This document shows positions 1-9,563 of a DNA stretch of 64,000 nucleotides, in pieces. The stretch lies in NCBI GenBank assembly GCA_013360195.1, contig JABWCQ010000004.1, positions 43,836 to 107,835 on the forward strand, given 5' to 3'. How positions within the stretch are numbered: position 1 is the first letter of the stretch; each line of letters begins with the position of its first letter. The DNA is from a bacterium. Its GTDB lineage: Bacteria; Electryoneota; RPQS01. The notes beneath the pieces were generated by a model. It did not search any database. It worked only from the letters and a program-made list of their open reading frames with translations, and was not told the origin of the DNA. The position numbers were made by a program, and so were the translations under genes.

Positions 1-222
1 ATTCTATTATTCCAATTTCGATCTTGTTCCATCACTGACTGTGCATGATATTTCGCCGCAGGATACGACGGTATGGGTTGAGTGGGAGGATCGAGAGTTC
101 TTCCCGTCCGACAGCAACAACTTGATTTTCTACGGGTGGCGATTGTTTGTTGTTGATCAGAATGGAAATCGTGCCGGATCAACTTCAGGTACGTTTAATT
201 ATCGTGAGATCTGCACTGACCT

Positions 223-1785
223 GTGCGGTCAGTGAAGCACTTTTCGCAAAACAAACAACACATGGAAAGCTCTGCCAGAATTCCGGGTCCCGCCGGCATG
301 ACCACGCAGCCCGCGCTGCCGCGCGAGCAATTGCAGGCACTGTTTGACATATCCCAGGTTCTCAACGCCATCTGGGACATAGATTCGCTGCTGGAGCGGA
401 TTATGGATATAGCGATTCAGACGGTAAATGCGGAGCGGGGATTTCTTGTGTTGCGTGAAGACGGCAACGGAACCGGTCTTTCCGTGCGGACAGCACGCAA
501 CATTTCGCCTGAATCAGCGCTGTCCGTGTCCGAAATCAGCCGCTCCATCGTTATGGGGGCAATTGAATCGCAGCAAGGCGTGTTGACGATAGATGCGCAG
601 ACCGATCCGCGTTTCGCCGGTGCGGAATCGGTCATATTCAATCAGATTCGTGCAGTCATGGCGGTTCCGTTTCTTCTTCGCGGGAAGATAGTCGGAGCGA
701 TTTATCTTGACAGCCGCAAGCATCGTGAAGGATTCACGGATGAATTGCTGGCCTTTTTGAAGGCCTTTTCGAATCTGTGTGCTATCGCCATCGAGAATGC
801 GCGCTTGATGGGCAGCTTGCGGGATGAGAACTATCAACTGCGAAGTGAAGTCCAGAGAACGTACCAGTTCAAGGAGATCATCGGAAACAGCGCACGCATG
901 CAAGATGTTTTCGAACTTCTGAACAAGATAATTCATGCAGATATCAGTGTCCTGCTGGAAGGTGAGTCCGGCACCGGAAAGGAGTTGGTAGCACGGGCAT
1001 TGCACTATAATGGACCGCGGCGTGATAAGGCTTTCATTGCCCAGTTTTGCGGAAACCTGTCTGAAACACTGTTAGAGAGCGAACTCTTTGGCCACAAGCG
1101 CGGGGCCTTTACCGGCGCGGTTTCGGACAAGAAGGGTCTTTTGGAAATTGCGGACGGCGGGACGTTTTTTCTCGACGAAGTGTCGGACATTCCGTTGTCC
1201 ATTCAGGCCAAGCTTTTGCGTGTGCTGCAGGACGGTGAGTTCCGACGTGTAGGAGATACGGAAACCAGACGGGTTGATGTCAGGGTTATTTCTGCGACAA
1301 ACAAACCGCTTGGGAAGGAAGTGGAACGAGGCAGTTTTCGCGAAGACCTGTTCTACCGGTTGAACGTTATAACAATAAACATGCCACCTCTGCGCGAGCG
1401 TGACGGCGACCTTCCTCTTCTTGTCAGGCACTTCTTGAGCAAATACGCTGCAAAGAGCGGCACACAGGAAAAGAGGATTTCACCCGAAGCGATGCGGCTC
1501 TTGTCGAGCTACCATTGGCCGGGTAATGTTCGCGAACTGGAGAATGCGATAGAGCGTGCCATTGTTCTTGCGGGCGATCGCGACATCACACCGGATGAGT
1601 TGATCATTCCCAGAGTGCTGAAAACACCCGGCGGGTCCCGGTCATTACGCGAACACGAGCGTGATTACGTCATGCGAACGCTGGACGAGATGGGAGGCAA
1701 CAAGACGAAAACAGCGTCAGCGCTTGGGGTATCATTGCGATGGCTGCATTACAAGTTGGCAGAGTGGAAAGACGGAAGCAATTGA
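223..1785 (+). CDS. Sigma-54-dependent transcriptional activator with N-terminal GAF domain, AAA+ sigma-54 interaction domain and C-terminal Fis-type HTH
   Basis: Walker A 'GESGTGKE', sigma-54 contact motif 'GAFTGA', 'ESELFGH', C-terminal HTH 'TASALGVSLRWLHYKL'; true start probably an internal Met near 262 or 298. Confidence 0.85.
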   Translation: MRSVKHFSQNKQHMESSARIPGPAGMTTQPALPREQLQALFDISQVLNAIWDIDSLLERIMDIAIQTVNAERGFLVLREDGNGTGLSVRTARNISPESALSVSEISRSIVMGAIESQQGVLTIDAQTDPRFAGAESVIFNQIRAVMAVPFLLRGKIVGAIYLDSRKHREGFTDELLAFLKAFSNLCAIAIENARLMGSLRDENYQLRSEVQRTYQFKEIIGNSARMQDVFELLNKIIHADISVLLEGESGTGKELVARALHYNGPRRDKAFIAQFCGNLSETLLESELFGHKRGAFTGAVSDKKGLLEIADGGTFFLDEVSDIPLSIQAKLLRVLQDGEFRRVGDTETRRVDVRVISATNKPLGKEVERGSFREDLFYRLNVITINMPPLRERDGDLPLLVRHFLSKYAAKSGTQEKRISPEAMRLLSSYHWPGNVRELENAIERAIVLAGDRDITPDELIIPRVLKTPGGSRSLREHERDYVMRTLDEMGGNKTKTASALGVSLRWLHYKLAEWKDGSN

Positions 1786-1817
1786 CCGATACCGGGAAAT
1801 GCACCTTTACGTAATGT

Positions 1818-3434
1818 ATGAATGATGAGCGCGTAAGACTCGTTCGCGAAATTTCGCGGAGCGGCGTGGCCACGGTTTGGGAGGGTTGGGACAGCAGTCT
1901 CGACCGGAAAGTACTTGTCAAATCAATTCATCCGCAGTTCGCCCGTGACTCCGATCTGCGGATTCGTTTTGAGCGGGAAGCACGTGCGATTGCCCGTATT
2001 TCACACCCTAATGTAGTTCAGATTTACGATATTCAAGCGGGAGAGGACTCACTCTCTCTCATGCTTGAATTCGTTGACGGGATCACGCTCGGCAGTCTTC
2101 TCAAGAATCGTGGGATCCTGCCAATCGGTCTTGCCTTGCGCATCATAACGGAAATTCTGGCAGGTCTCGAACAGGCGCATGCACACGGCATTGTTCACCG
2201 AGACTTGAAGCCCGATAACATCCTGATTGCACAGAATGGCGTGGTGAAGATCACGGACTTCGGTCTCGCCAGCTTGCGTGACTTGCCGGCAGTGACTCAA
2301 GAGGGGATGGTCGTCGGCACACCTTCCTATATGTCGCCTGAGCAAGCGCTGGGAGGTGAAACGGGACCGCAGACAGACCTATTCACCTGCGGAGCCATGC
2401 TCTTTGAAATGTTGACAGGTCTGCGTCTGATTCAGGGAGAGAATCTCGGTGAGGCATTTCAGAATGTGATGAAGTACAGGCCGCCTGATCTGAATCTTTA
2501 TGCAGACGTGATTCCGATCAATGTGCGAATGATTCTCGAAGAGCTGATTGAACGTGATCCATCCGAACGGCCGCACAGCGCTTCGGTAGTTAGAAACGCG
2601 TTGCTGGCAGACCCTGTTATTCGCACATTTGACCTCGGTCAGGTTGCAGAATACTTGGGCAGCGAAGGCCGTGTGGAGCCGGTAGGCGTCCGAACCCCAT
2701 CGGGAGTGCTTTCGCGCAAACGAAGCCTAATCTGGTACGGAACTGCCGCCGTTCTATTGATTGCAACAGTTGTTGCCCTGATAACAACAAAACGTGACGC
2801 GCGTACATTCGTGACTGAAGAGGAAAGACCTGTGCCGGTGGACACTCTGCCGCATCAGCCCGCCGATACTGCACTCGATTCATCCATTGTGGATGAAGTT
2901 GTGCGCCCAATCGCTGACACCGTTCCGGTGCCGAAGACTCCTGAGAAGCGTGACTCACTTCCTGCAGCTCTGGGACAAGTAGAACCGGAGAAGCCAACGG
3001 GACCGGCTTTCGCAACAATAACAAGCACACCGTGGTCCCGTGTCTTCTACAACGACTCTCTGCTTGGAACGACTCCAATGCTTACACCTATTCAACTTCC
3101 TCAGGGAAAGGGAACACTGCTGTTTCTGAATGATCAGGTTAAGCTTCCGGTTTCGCGAACCATTGAGTTAGTGCCGGGTGACACGACTGAGATCGCAGTG
3201 AACTTGCAGGAATCTATCGCTCGCCTGAGAATTGCGTCGGTTAGGCCATGGGCAGACGTTTATGTAGACGGCGAATTGAAATTCCGAACCCCTTCAACGC
3301 AAATAGTATTTCTACCCTTGGGCAAACACGTTCTCGAACTAAGGCATCCGGAGTTTCCAACCTATACAAAGGAACTGATATTTGAGTCTGGGGATCCAGT
3401 TTATGAGGTGCGAGTTGATTTGACTCAAATGTAA
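1818..3434 (+). CDS. Ser/Thr protein kinase with a transmembrane segment and a C-terminal PEGA-like beta-sandwich domain
   Basis: Hanks kinase motifs 'HRDLKPDNIL', 'DFGLA', 'GTPSYMSPE'; hydrophobic helix 'LIWYGTAAVLLIATVVALI'; C-terminus 'WADVYVDGE...LPLGKHVLELRHPEF' resembles a PEGA domain. Confidence 0.85.
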   Translation: MNDERVRLVREISRSGVATVWEGWDSSLDRKVLVKSIHPQFARDSDLRIRFEREARAIARISHPNVVQIYDIQAGEDSLSLMLEFVDGITLGSLLKNRGILPIGLALRIITEILAGLEQAHAHGIVHRDLKPDNILIAQNGVVKITDFGLASLRDLPAVTQEGMVVGTPSYMSPEQALGGETGPQTDLFTCGAMLFEMLTGLRLIQGENLGEAFQNVMKYRPPDLNLYADVIPINVRMILEELIERDPSERPHSASVVRNALLADPVIRTFDLGQVAEYLGSEGRVEPVGVRTPSGVLSRKRSLIWYGTAAVLLIATVVALITTKRDARTFVTEEERPVPVDTLPHQPADTALDSSIVDEVVRPIADTVPVPKTPEKRDSLPAALGQVEPEKPTGPAFATITSTPWSRVFYNDSLLGTTPMLTPIQLPQGKGTLLFLNDQVKLPVSRTIELVPGDTTEIAVNLQESIARLRIASVRPWADVYVDGELKFRTPSTQIVFLPLGKHVLELRHPEFPTYTKELIFESGDPVYEVRVDLTQM

Positions 3435-3587
3435 GTATTAGCTCCTCCTCACTTATAGACGCACTCTTTATTATATTGATTTTATTATACTTAGATATTT
3501 ACAAATTTGGGAACCTCGCGCTGGAATAGTGCGTATATTTCCATAATTGCTACAACTCCAATCGAAAAGCAACTCTCATTCTGATCC

Positions 3588-4520
3588 ATGATTGAACTTC
3601 AAAACTTGACCAAATCCTACGGTGGTGCAAAAGCCGTAGACGGGGTCTCGCTGAATGTGCCAAAGGGCCAGATTCTCGGTTTCCTTGGGCCAAATGGTGC
3701 AGGCAAGACCACGACAATGCGAATGATCACAGGCTACATGCCTCCGACTTCGGGAACGATAACGGTAGACGGCCTGACCATGGAAAAGGACTCGCTGGCA
3801 ATACGCGAGAAGATAGGCTATCTGCCGGAGATGGCTCCAGTCTATCAAGACATGAATGTTCTGGACTACTTGCACTACGTGTGCGCACTCCGCAAGATTG
3901 CCAAGGATAAGGAAAAGGGCCGCATAAAGGAAGTTGTGGATCGCTGTGGTCTGGTCGCGGTGCTTGGCAAGGACGTTGGTCAGCTCTCGAAGGGCTACCG
4001 CCAGCGCGTCGGACTTGCCCAGGCAATAATCCACGATCCGGAATATTTGATTCTCGACGAACCTACAGCCGGTCTGGACCCAAATCAGATTGTCGAGATC
4101 AGAGCACTCATTAAAGAACTTGGCCGCGAGAAGACAGTTATCTTGTCCACGCACATTCTGTCGGAAGTGCAGGCCACTTGCTCAAGAGTAATCATAATCA
4201 GCAGCGGAAAGCTTGTTGCTGATAATACTCCGGAAGGATTGCAAGCGGGATTACAGGGACGGACAGTGCTGATGTTGACTCTGAAGGGCTCCGCGGACGG
4301 CGCAATCGCAAAGTTGAAGAGTCTTCAGTCGGTGGACGAAGTTCGAAACGTCCAAACCTCAAAGCCTGGAGAATCAAAACTCCGTGTAGAGAGTGGTCCG
4401 GGATCCGACATGCGTGAAGAAGTATTCAAGCTTGCGGTTCGGGAAAACTGGACTTTACTAGAGATGATCCCCGAGACACAGAGTCTCGAAGAAGTCTTCC
4501 ACAAACTTACGGCGGCCTAA
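3588..4520 (+). CDS. gldA: ABC-2 type transporter ATP-binding protein, GldA-like
   Basis: Walker A 'GPNGAGKTT', ABC signature 'LSKGYRQR', Walker B 'ILDEPTAGLD'; followed immediately by GldF-like and GldG-like genes. Confidence 0.7.
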   Translation: MIELQNLTKSYGGAKAVDGVSLNVPKGQILGFLGPNGAGKTTTMRMITGYMPPTSGTITVDGLTMEKDSLAIREKIGYLPEMAPVYQDMNVLDYLHYVCALRKIAKDKEKGRIKEVVDRCGLVAVLGKDVGQLSKGYRQRVGLAQAIIHDPEYLILDEPTAGLDPNQIVEIRALIKELGREKTVILSTHILSEVQATCSRVIIISSGKLVADNTPEGLQAGLQGRTVLMLTLKGSADGAIAKLKSLQSVDEVRNVQTSKPGESKLRVESGPGSDMREEVFKLAVRENWTLLEMIPETQSLEEVFHKLTAA

Positions 4521-4522
4521 AC

Positions 4523-5233
4523 ATGCACAACATTACTGTCATCGCGCGCCGGGAGTTCAAGTCCTACTTTGATTCACCTGTTGCCTACATCGTTCTCACG
4601 TTTTTCTTGATTATCACCGGCTATTTCTTCACAAGCAATCTGTTCCTGGCGAATCAAGCGGATCTGCGAACTCTGTGGGGAATCGTACCGCTGTTGTTTG
4701 TGTTCTTCATACCTGCGCTTTCCATGAAACTGCTGGCGGAGGAGAAGAAAACCGGCACAATCGAGCTGTTATATACGTACCCGATTAAAGATTCCGAAAT
4801 AGTTGTCGGCAAGTATCTTGCTGCATTGGGACTAATCGGTGTATTGATTGCCTGCACGATCGTTTACGCATTTACAGTTGGCAGTCTGGGTGACATGGAT
4901 ACGGGACAGGCCGTCGCAGGCTATATCGGTCTGCTGCTCATGGCAGCCTCCTACCTTGCCATTGGTGTCTTTGCCTCGTCTGTGACAGACAATCAGATCG
5001 TCGCCTTCATTCTGGCCTTATTCATATCGTTCTTCTTTTTCATTGCCGACAAGATTCTGTTTTTCCTGCCGGGTGCTATCGCAGGGATTTTCGAGTATCT
5101 GGCAATCGAGTATCACTTTCAGAATGTCGCGCGCGGTGTCATAGACAGCCGAAATGTCCTGTATTTTGCATCAGTCATCTTCTTTGCTTTACTGATGGCA
5201 AGCCACGCACTTTCTCGCCGCCGGGGAGACTAA
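4523..5233 (+). CDS. gldF: ABC-2 type permease, GldF-like (6 TM helices)
   Basis: 236-aa polytopic membrane protein directly after the ATPase, 3-nt gap; size and synteny match GldF. Confidence 0.65.
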   Translation: MHNITVIARREFKSYFDSPVAYIVLTFFLIITGYFFTSNLFLANQADLRTLWGIVPLLFVFFIPALSMKLLAEEKKTGTIELLYTYPIKDSEIVVGKYLAALGLIGVLIACTIVYAFTVGSLGDMDTGQAVAGYIGLLLMAASYLAIGVFASSVTDNQIVAFILALFISFFFFIADKILFFLPGAIAGIFEYLAIEYHFQNVARGVIDSRNVLYFASVIFFALLMASHALSRRRGD

Positions 5234-5236
5234 GAA

Positions 5237-6829
5237 ATGAGCACGAAAACCTGGTCAGTTTCAAATATTTCAACACTACTTGTGATCGCCGCGATTATCA
5301 TCGTGGTGAATCTAATCGGCCTGAAGCTGTTTGCCCGTGCGGACTTGACCGAGCAGTCAATTTACACGCTAAGTCAGGCGTCCCGCAACGTTGTCGGCGG
5401 ATTAACAGATCGTCTGACAGTAAAAGCGTATTTCACAAAGGACTTGCCCGCACCTTATAATGCGAATTCGAGGTATGTTCGCGACATTCTCGAGGACTAC
5501 CGAACATACGGCAATGGCAACTTCTACTATGAATTCGTGGACCCCGCCGACGAGGAGCAGCTTGAGCGCGAAGCGCAGAGCTATCGTGTTCAGCCCGCGC
5601 AAGTTAACGTCATGGAGAAGGATGCGCTTCAGCTGAAGAAAGTCTACATGGGTCTTGTGCTCATCTACGGTGACAAGCACGAGACTATTCCGTTGATACA
5701 GTCTGTGAATAACTTTGAGTACGAGATGACGTCCACGATCAAACGTCTCGTGTCCAAAGAGCTTCCGAAGATCGGTTTCCTGACCAATTACGGGACGCCC
5801 GATTTAGGACAGGATTTGCGGACTGTGGCTACGGCCTTGTCAAAGCATTATGAAGTCGTGCCGATAAACACGAAGTCAGGAGCGGAACTTGTCCCGGACG
5901 ATGTGCACGTCCTCTGCGTTGTGCAGCCGGAGGAACAGATTGATGACTGGACGAAGTTTGTAATTGACCAGTTCATCATGCGGGGAGGCAAAGTTGCCTG
6001 GTTTGTGAACAAGGTATCCGGTGATGCTTCGACGTCGCAGGCCACTCAGCTTCAACTCGACATTGACGACTGGACAAGGCGATATGGCTTTACCGTTGCG
6101 AACAATCTTGTTCTAGATGCAAACGGAGCCATGATCAATATCCAGCGACAGCAGGGAATCTTCATGATGACCAATTTGGTTCGCTATCCGGCATTCCCCG
6201 AGGTTGTGAATTTCAATCAGGATCATCCTGTCACGAAGGGGCTCAGCGCCGGTACTCTGTTCTTCCCAAGTTCAATTGACACTGTTCGACCCGGGGAAGG
6301 CAACGTGTCGATTACTTCGCTGATTCAATCCTCCGAATACACGATGGTGCAGGTTGGGCAGTTTGACATTAGTCCGGAAGCGCGGAGAGAGCGATCGCAA
6401 TTCACAGGCGGTCAGAAACTCTTCGCAGTGTCTTTAACTGGTACATTCCCGTCGTATTTCAAAGGCCGATCGGTACCTTTGCCGGCCGACAGCACGGCCG
6501 TAGCGCCGACGTTAAACATACTGACCGAAAGCAGTGACACCCGCATGATAGTTGTCGGTGATGGCAACCTGCTCCAAGGCCAATACATGCAGCAGGGCGG
6601 ACCAAATCTTGTGTTCTTCTTAAATTCAATTGACTGGCTGTCACAGGATACCGACTTGCTTGCGATACGATCCCGAGATGCTGCCGTACGTCCACTTAAC
6701 CCGAACATCACGGATGAGACGAAACAGCGCGTGAAACTTGCAAACTTGATAGGTCCGCCGGCACTTGTTCTGCTGTTGGGTGCGATGAGATGGCGTAATC
6801 GTCGGAAGCGCAAGGAGGTAACATTATGA
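5237..6829 (+). CDS. gldG: GldG-like ABC-transporter auxiliary component (N- and C-terminal TM anchors, large periplasmic domain)
   Basis: 530 aa, N-terminal TM 'LLVIAAIIIVVNLIGL', C-terminal TM 'LIGPPALVLLLGAM' then 'RWRNRRKRK'; synteny gldA-gldF-gldG. Confidence 0.65.
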   Translation: MSTKTWSVSNISTLLVIAAIIIVVNLIGLKLFARADLTEQSIYTLSQASRNVVGGLTDRLTVKAYFTKDLPAPYNANSRYVRDILEDYRTYGNGNFYYEFVDPADEEQLEREAQSYRVQPAQVNVMEKDALQLKKVYMGLVLIYGDKHETIPLIQSVNNFEYEMTSTIKRLVSKELPKIGFLTNYGTPDLGQDLRTVATALSKHYEVVPINTKSGAELVPDDVHVLCVVQPEEQIDDWTKFVIDQFIMRGGKVAWFVNKVSGDASTSQATQLQLDIDDWTRRYGFTVANNLVLDANGAMINIQRQQGIFMMTNLVRYPAFPEVVNFNQDHPVTKGLSAGTLFFPSSIDTVRPGEGNVSITSLIQSSEYTMVQVGQFDISPEARRERSQFTGGQKLFAVSLTGTFPSYFKGRSVPLPADSTAVAPTLNILTESSDTRMIVVGDGNLLQGQYMQQGGPNLVFFLNSIDWLSQDTDLLAIRSRDAAVRPLNPNITDETKQRVKLANLIGPPALVLLLGAMRWRNRRKRKEVTL

Positions 6830-7740
6830 ACAAGACTGCAGTACTTGCCGCCGTACTTTTTGCCTTGATCGCGATTTACTGGGTCATGTCACAAAGCGAG
6901 CCGGTTGCGAAGACGGATATTCCGCTTGTTCAGGCCGACAGCGCCTCCATAACTTACATGAAGATCATTACTTCCACGGATACTACTGAACTTCGGAAGG
7001 AAGGAGATGGTTGGAAAGTGATGGGAGAGAAGGTCTTTCCGGCAAACACACAGAATGTCGGCCGCGCTCTGCAGCGTTTCTCGCAAATGTCTAAGAAAGC
7101 AATGGTAACTGATAAGCCCGACCGCTATCCGGAGTTTGAAGTTGATGCAGCAAAGGGTGTTTTGGTCAACTTCAGCGCGAATGGGAAGGAAAACTCCATC
7201 TTTCTTGGCAAGGCGGGACCGACGATGCAGACCAGCTATGCGCGAATTGAAGGTCAGAAGGAAGTCTGGGAAATCGGCGGCAATCATGCTTCGACATTTA
7301 AGCGGCAGCGGACGGACTGGCGCGACAAGACGATTACGGCCTTGCCGATGGACAGTATCCGAAAAGTTACCATTTCTTTGGACAATAGCCTGCTTGTTCT
7401 CGAAAGGCAGGATACAGTCTGGCACGCGACGGAGAACGGCGTTGAATTCCCGGCAGTCAAGCAGAATGTCGAACGAATTACCCGGATGCTGTCCCGCATG
7501 AATACAGTGGAATTCGCGGATACACTCACTGAGTCCACCTTCGCGAATCCCAAAGGCGTTGTGACAGCCGAGATGCTAGACGGTTCGGTAACGGAACTCA
7601 AGTTTATGCCCCGTGACGAGAAGCAGTACTTTGTCAGAAAGTCAGGTGCATTGTCAGATTTCGTGATTTACAATAGTACAGCAGATGTGCTGCTCAAGAA
7701 GAAGGAAGATTTGATTGAGAAAGCGAAGCCTGCAAGTTAA
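6826..7740 (+). CDS. DUF4340-like secreted/anchored protein, the usual fourth gene of gldAFG operons
   Basis: N-terminal signal/anchor 'LAAVLFALIAIYWVM'; 4-nt overlap with the gldG stop; conserved position downstream of gldG. Confidence 0.5.
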   Translation: MNKTAVLAAVLFALIAIYWVMSQSEPVAKTDIPLVQADSASITYMKIITSTDTTELRKEGDGWKVMGEKVFPANTQNVGRALQRFSQMSKKAMVTDKPDRYPEFEVDAAKGVLVNFSANGKENSIFLGKAGPTMQTSYARIEGQKEVWEIGGNHASTFKRQRTDWRDKTITALPMDSIRKVTISLDNSLLVLERQDTVWHATENGVEFPAVKQNVERITRMLSRMNTVEFADTLTESTFANPKGVVTAEMLDGSVTELKFMPRDEKQYFVRKSGALSDFVIYNSTADVLLKKKEDLIEKAKPAS

Positions 7741-7751
7741 GAAAGGCAGGA

Positions 7752-9563
7752 TTGTGCCGCGACAACCGCGAGGCCTCCGGTTCACGCCGGAGGCTTTGTC
7801 TTGTATGGGGAGAGGTTAGAGTGAACTCACTTCGACATCTACTGCCGTATCTACGGCCATATCGTGAGAAGATTATTTGGGGAAGCATTGCTGCCGTATT
7901 TTCAACGGCAATCTCCGCCCTTGCTCCTTGGATCATGAAACTGGCCGTTGATGACCTGAATGGTGATGTTTCCTCGGTCAAGCTTGCAAAGTATGCCGGC
8001 TTGATTGTTGGAGTCTTTCTGGTCGGAGGCATTTTCAGATACTACATGAGAATGCTTTTGATTGGGATGTCCCGTTATGTGGAACAGGACCTACGAGCGG
8101 CGGTGTTTGCCCATCTTCAGGCGCAACCTGTACAATATTATACAAGGAACCGTACTGGCGATTTGATGGCGCGAATGACCAATGACTTGGACAGCGTCCG
8201 CAACGTCCTTGGACCGGGATTCATGTATCCGATTGACACGGCGCTGACAGCGATATTCTCACTCGTGCTGATGATCTTGATTTCACCGAAACTGACGCTT
8301 CTCACCCTGGCCATAACGCCGTTGGTAAGTTATTCGGTGTATAAATTGGGCAAAGTGACGCACAAGCTAACCACGGATATTCAGGAGCAGTACTCCAAAC
8401 TCTCCGATCAGGCGCAAGAAAACCTCTCGGGAGCACGAGTTGTTCGCGCGTTTTCGCAGGAAGATCAGGAACTCGCGAAATTTGATGTGCTCAATCGCGA
8501 GTATGTGAAGCGAAATCTTGCCATGACGAAGGTGCAGGCATTGTTCTTCCCGCTCATGGGTTTCTTCTTCGAAGTTGGTGCGGCGGTGATCCTGCTGATC
8601 GGAGGATGGGGAATAATCAGGAATGAAATGTCAGTCGGTGATTTTGTAGCCTTCGTCGGCTATCTTGGCATGCTTGCCTGGCCGATGATTGCGGTCGGTT
8701 GGGTTGCGAATATTCTTCAGCGCGGTGCGGCTTCGATGAAGAGAATCCAGGAACTTCTTGACACGAAGCCGGAGATTGTCAACCCGGCGGAACCTCAAGT
8801 TCCGGAAGAGCGGCGGGGTGAGATTCGCTTCGTGGATGTATCCTTCTCTTACGGCAGCAGAGAGCCCGTGCTGAAGAAAATATCCTTTGTAATTTCACCG
8901 GGCCAGACTGTCGCGTTCGTTGGTTCAACGGGCAGCGGCAAGTCAACTCTGATAAACTTGATACCAAGACTGCTCGACCCGACGTCAGGCATAGTACTGA
9001 TAGACGGCATTCCAACTACTGAGTGGGACATTGATGAACTTCGAAATTCGGCCGCCATGGTTCCGCAGGACGCTTTCTTGTTCTCCGAGACGGTTTACAA
9101 TAACCTGATCTTCGGCAAACCTGATGCCAGCCGCTCCGAAGCGTTGGAGGCCGCGAGGGTTTCGCGAATAGACAAGGATGTTGAGAATTTCGCGGGTGGG
9201 TATGAGACCTTGGTGGGTGAGCGCGGAGTGACACTTTCCGGTGGACAAAAGGGACGACTTGCATTGGCGAGGGCCCTCGTTCGCGACCCGATTATTTTGA
9301 TTCTGGACGATGCGCTTGCCGCAGTAGACACTCACACCGAGGAGGAGATACTTTCAGGACTGAAACAATTCATGCGCGACCGGACTTCTATCCTGATCTC
9401 ACACCGCGTGTCAACAGTGCGAGAGGCCGACTGCATTTTTGTTCTCGAGAATGGGGAGATTGTGGAACAGGGAACACATAACGAGCTTGTGAAGCTTGAT
9501 GGATACTACGCGGACATGGAGCGTCGCCAACGTCTAGAGGAAGAACTGGAGCACACAGAATGA
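7752..9563 (+). CDS. ABC exporter, fused permease/ATPase (MsbA/heterodimeric multidrug-exporter type), subunit 1
   Basis: Six-TM N-domain; Walker A 'GSTGSGKST', signature 'LSGGQKGRLALARAL', Walker B 'ILILDDALAAVD'; likely real start GTG near 7821. Confidence 0.85.
   Translation: MCRDNREASGSRRRLCLVWGEVRVNSLRHLLPYLRPYREKIIWGSIAAVFSTAISALAPWIMKLAVDDLNGDVSSVKLAKYAGLIVGVFLVGGIFRYYMRMLLIGMSRYVEQDLRAAVFAHLQAQPVQYYTRNRTGDLMARMTNDLDSVRNVLGPGFMYPIDTALTAIFSLVLMILISPKLTLLTLAITPLVSYSVYKLGKVTHKLTTDIQEQYSKLSDQAQENLSGARVVRAFSQEDQELAKFDVLNREYVKRNLAMTKVQALFFPLMGFFFEVGAAVILLIGGWGIIRNEMSVGDFVAFVGYLGMLAWPMIAVGWVANILQRGAASMKRIQELLDTKPEIVNPAEPQVPEERRGEIRFVDVSFSYGSREPVLKKISFVISPGQTVAFVGSTGSGKSTLINLIPRLLDPTSGIVLIDGIPTTEWDIDELRNSAAMVPQDAFLFSETVYNNLIFGKPDASRSEALEAARVSRIDKDVENFAGGYETLVGERGVTLSGGQKGRLALARALVRDPIILILDDALAAVDTHTEEEILSGLKQFMRDRTSILISHRVSTVREADCIFVLENGEIVEQGTHNELVKLDGYYADMERRQRLEEELEHTE
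7773..7797 (+). terminator. Rho-independent terminator after the gldAFG-DUF4340 operon
   Basis: GCCTCCGG-ttcacg-CCGGAGGC hairpin followed by TTT. Confidence 0.6.
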
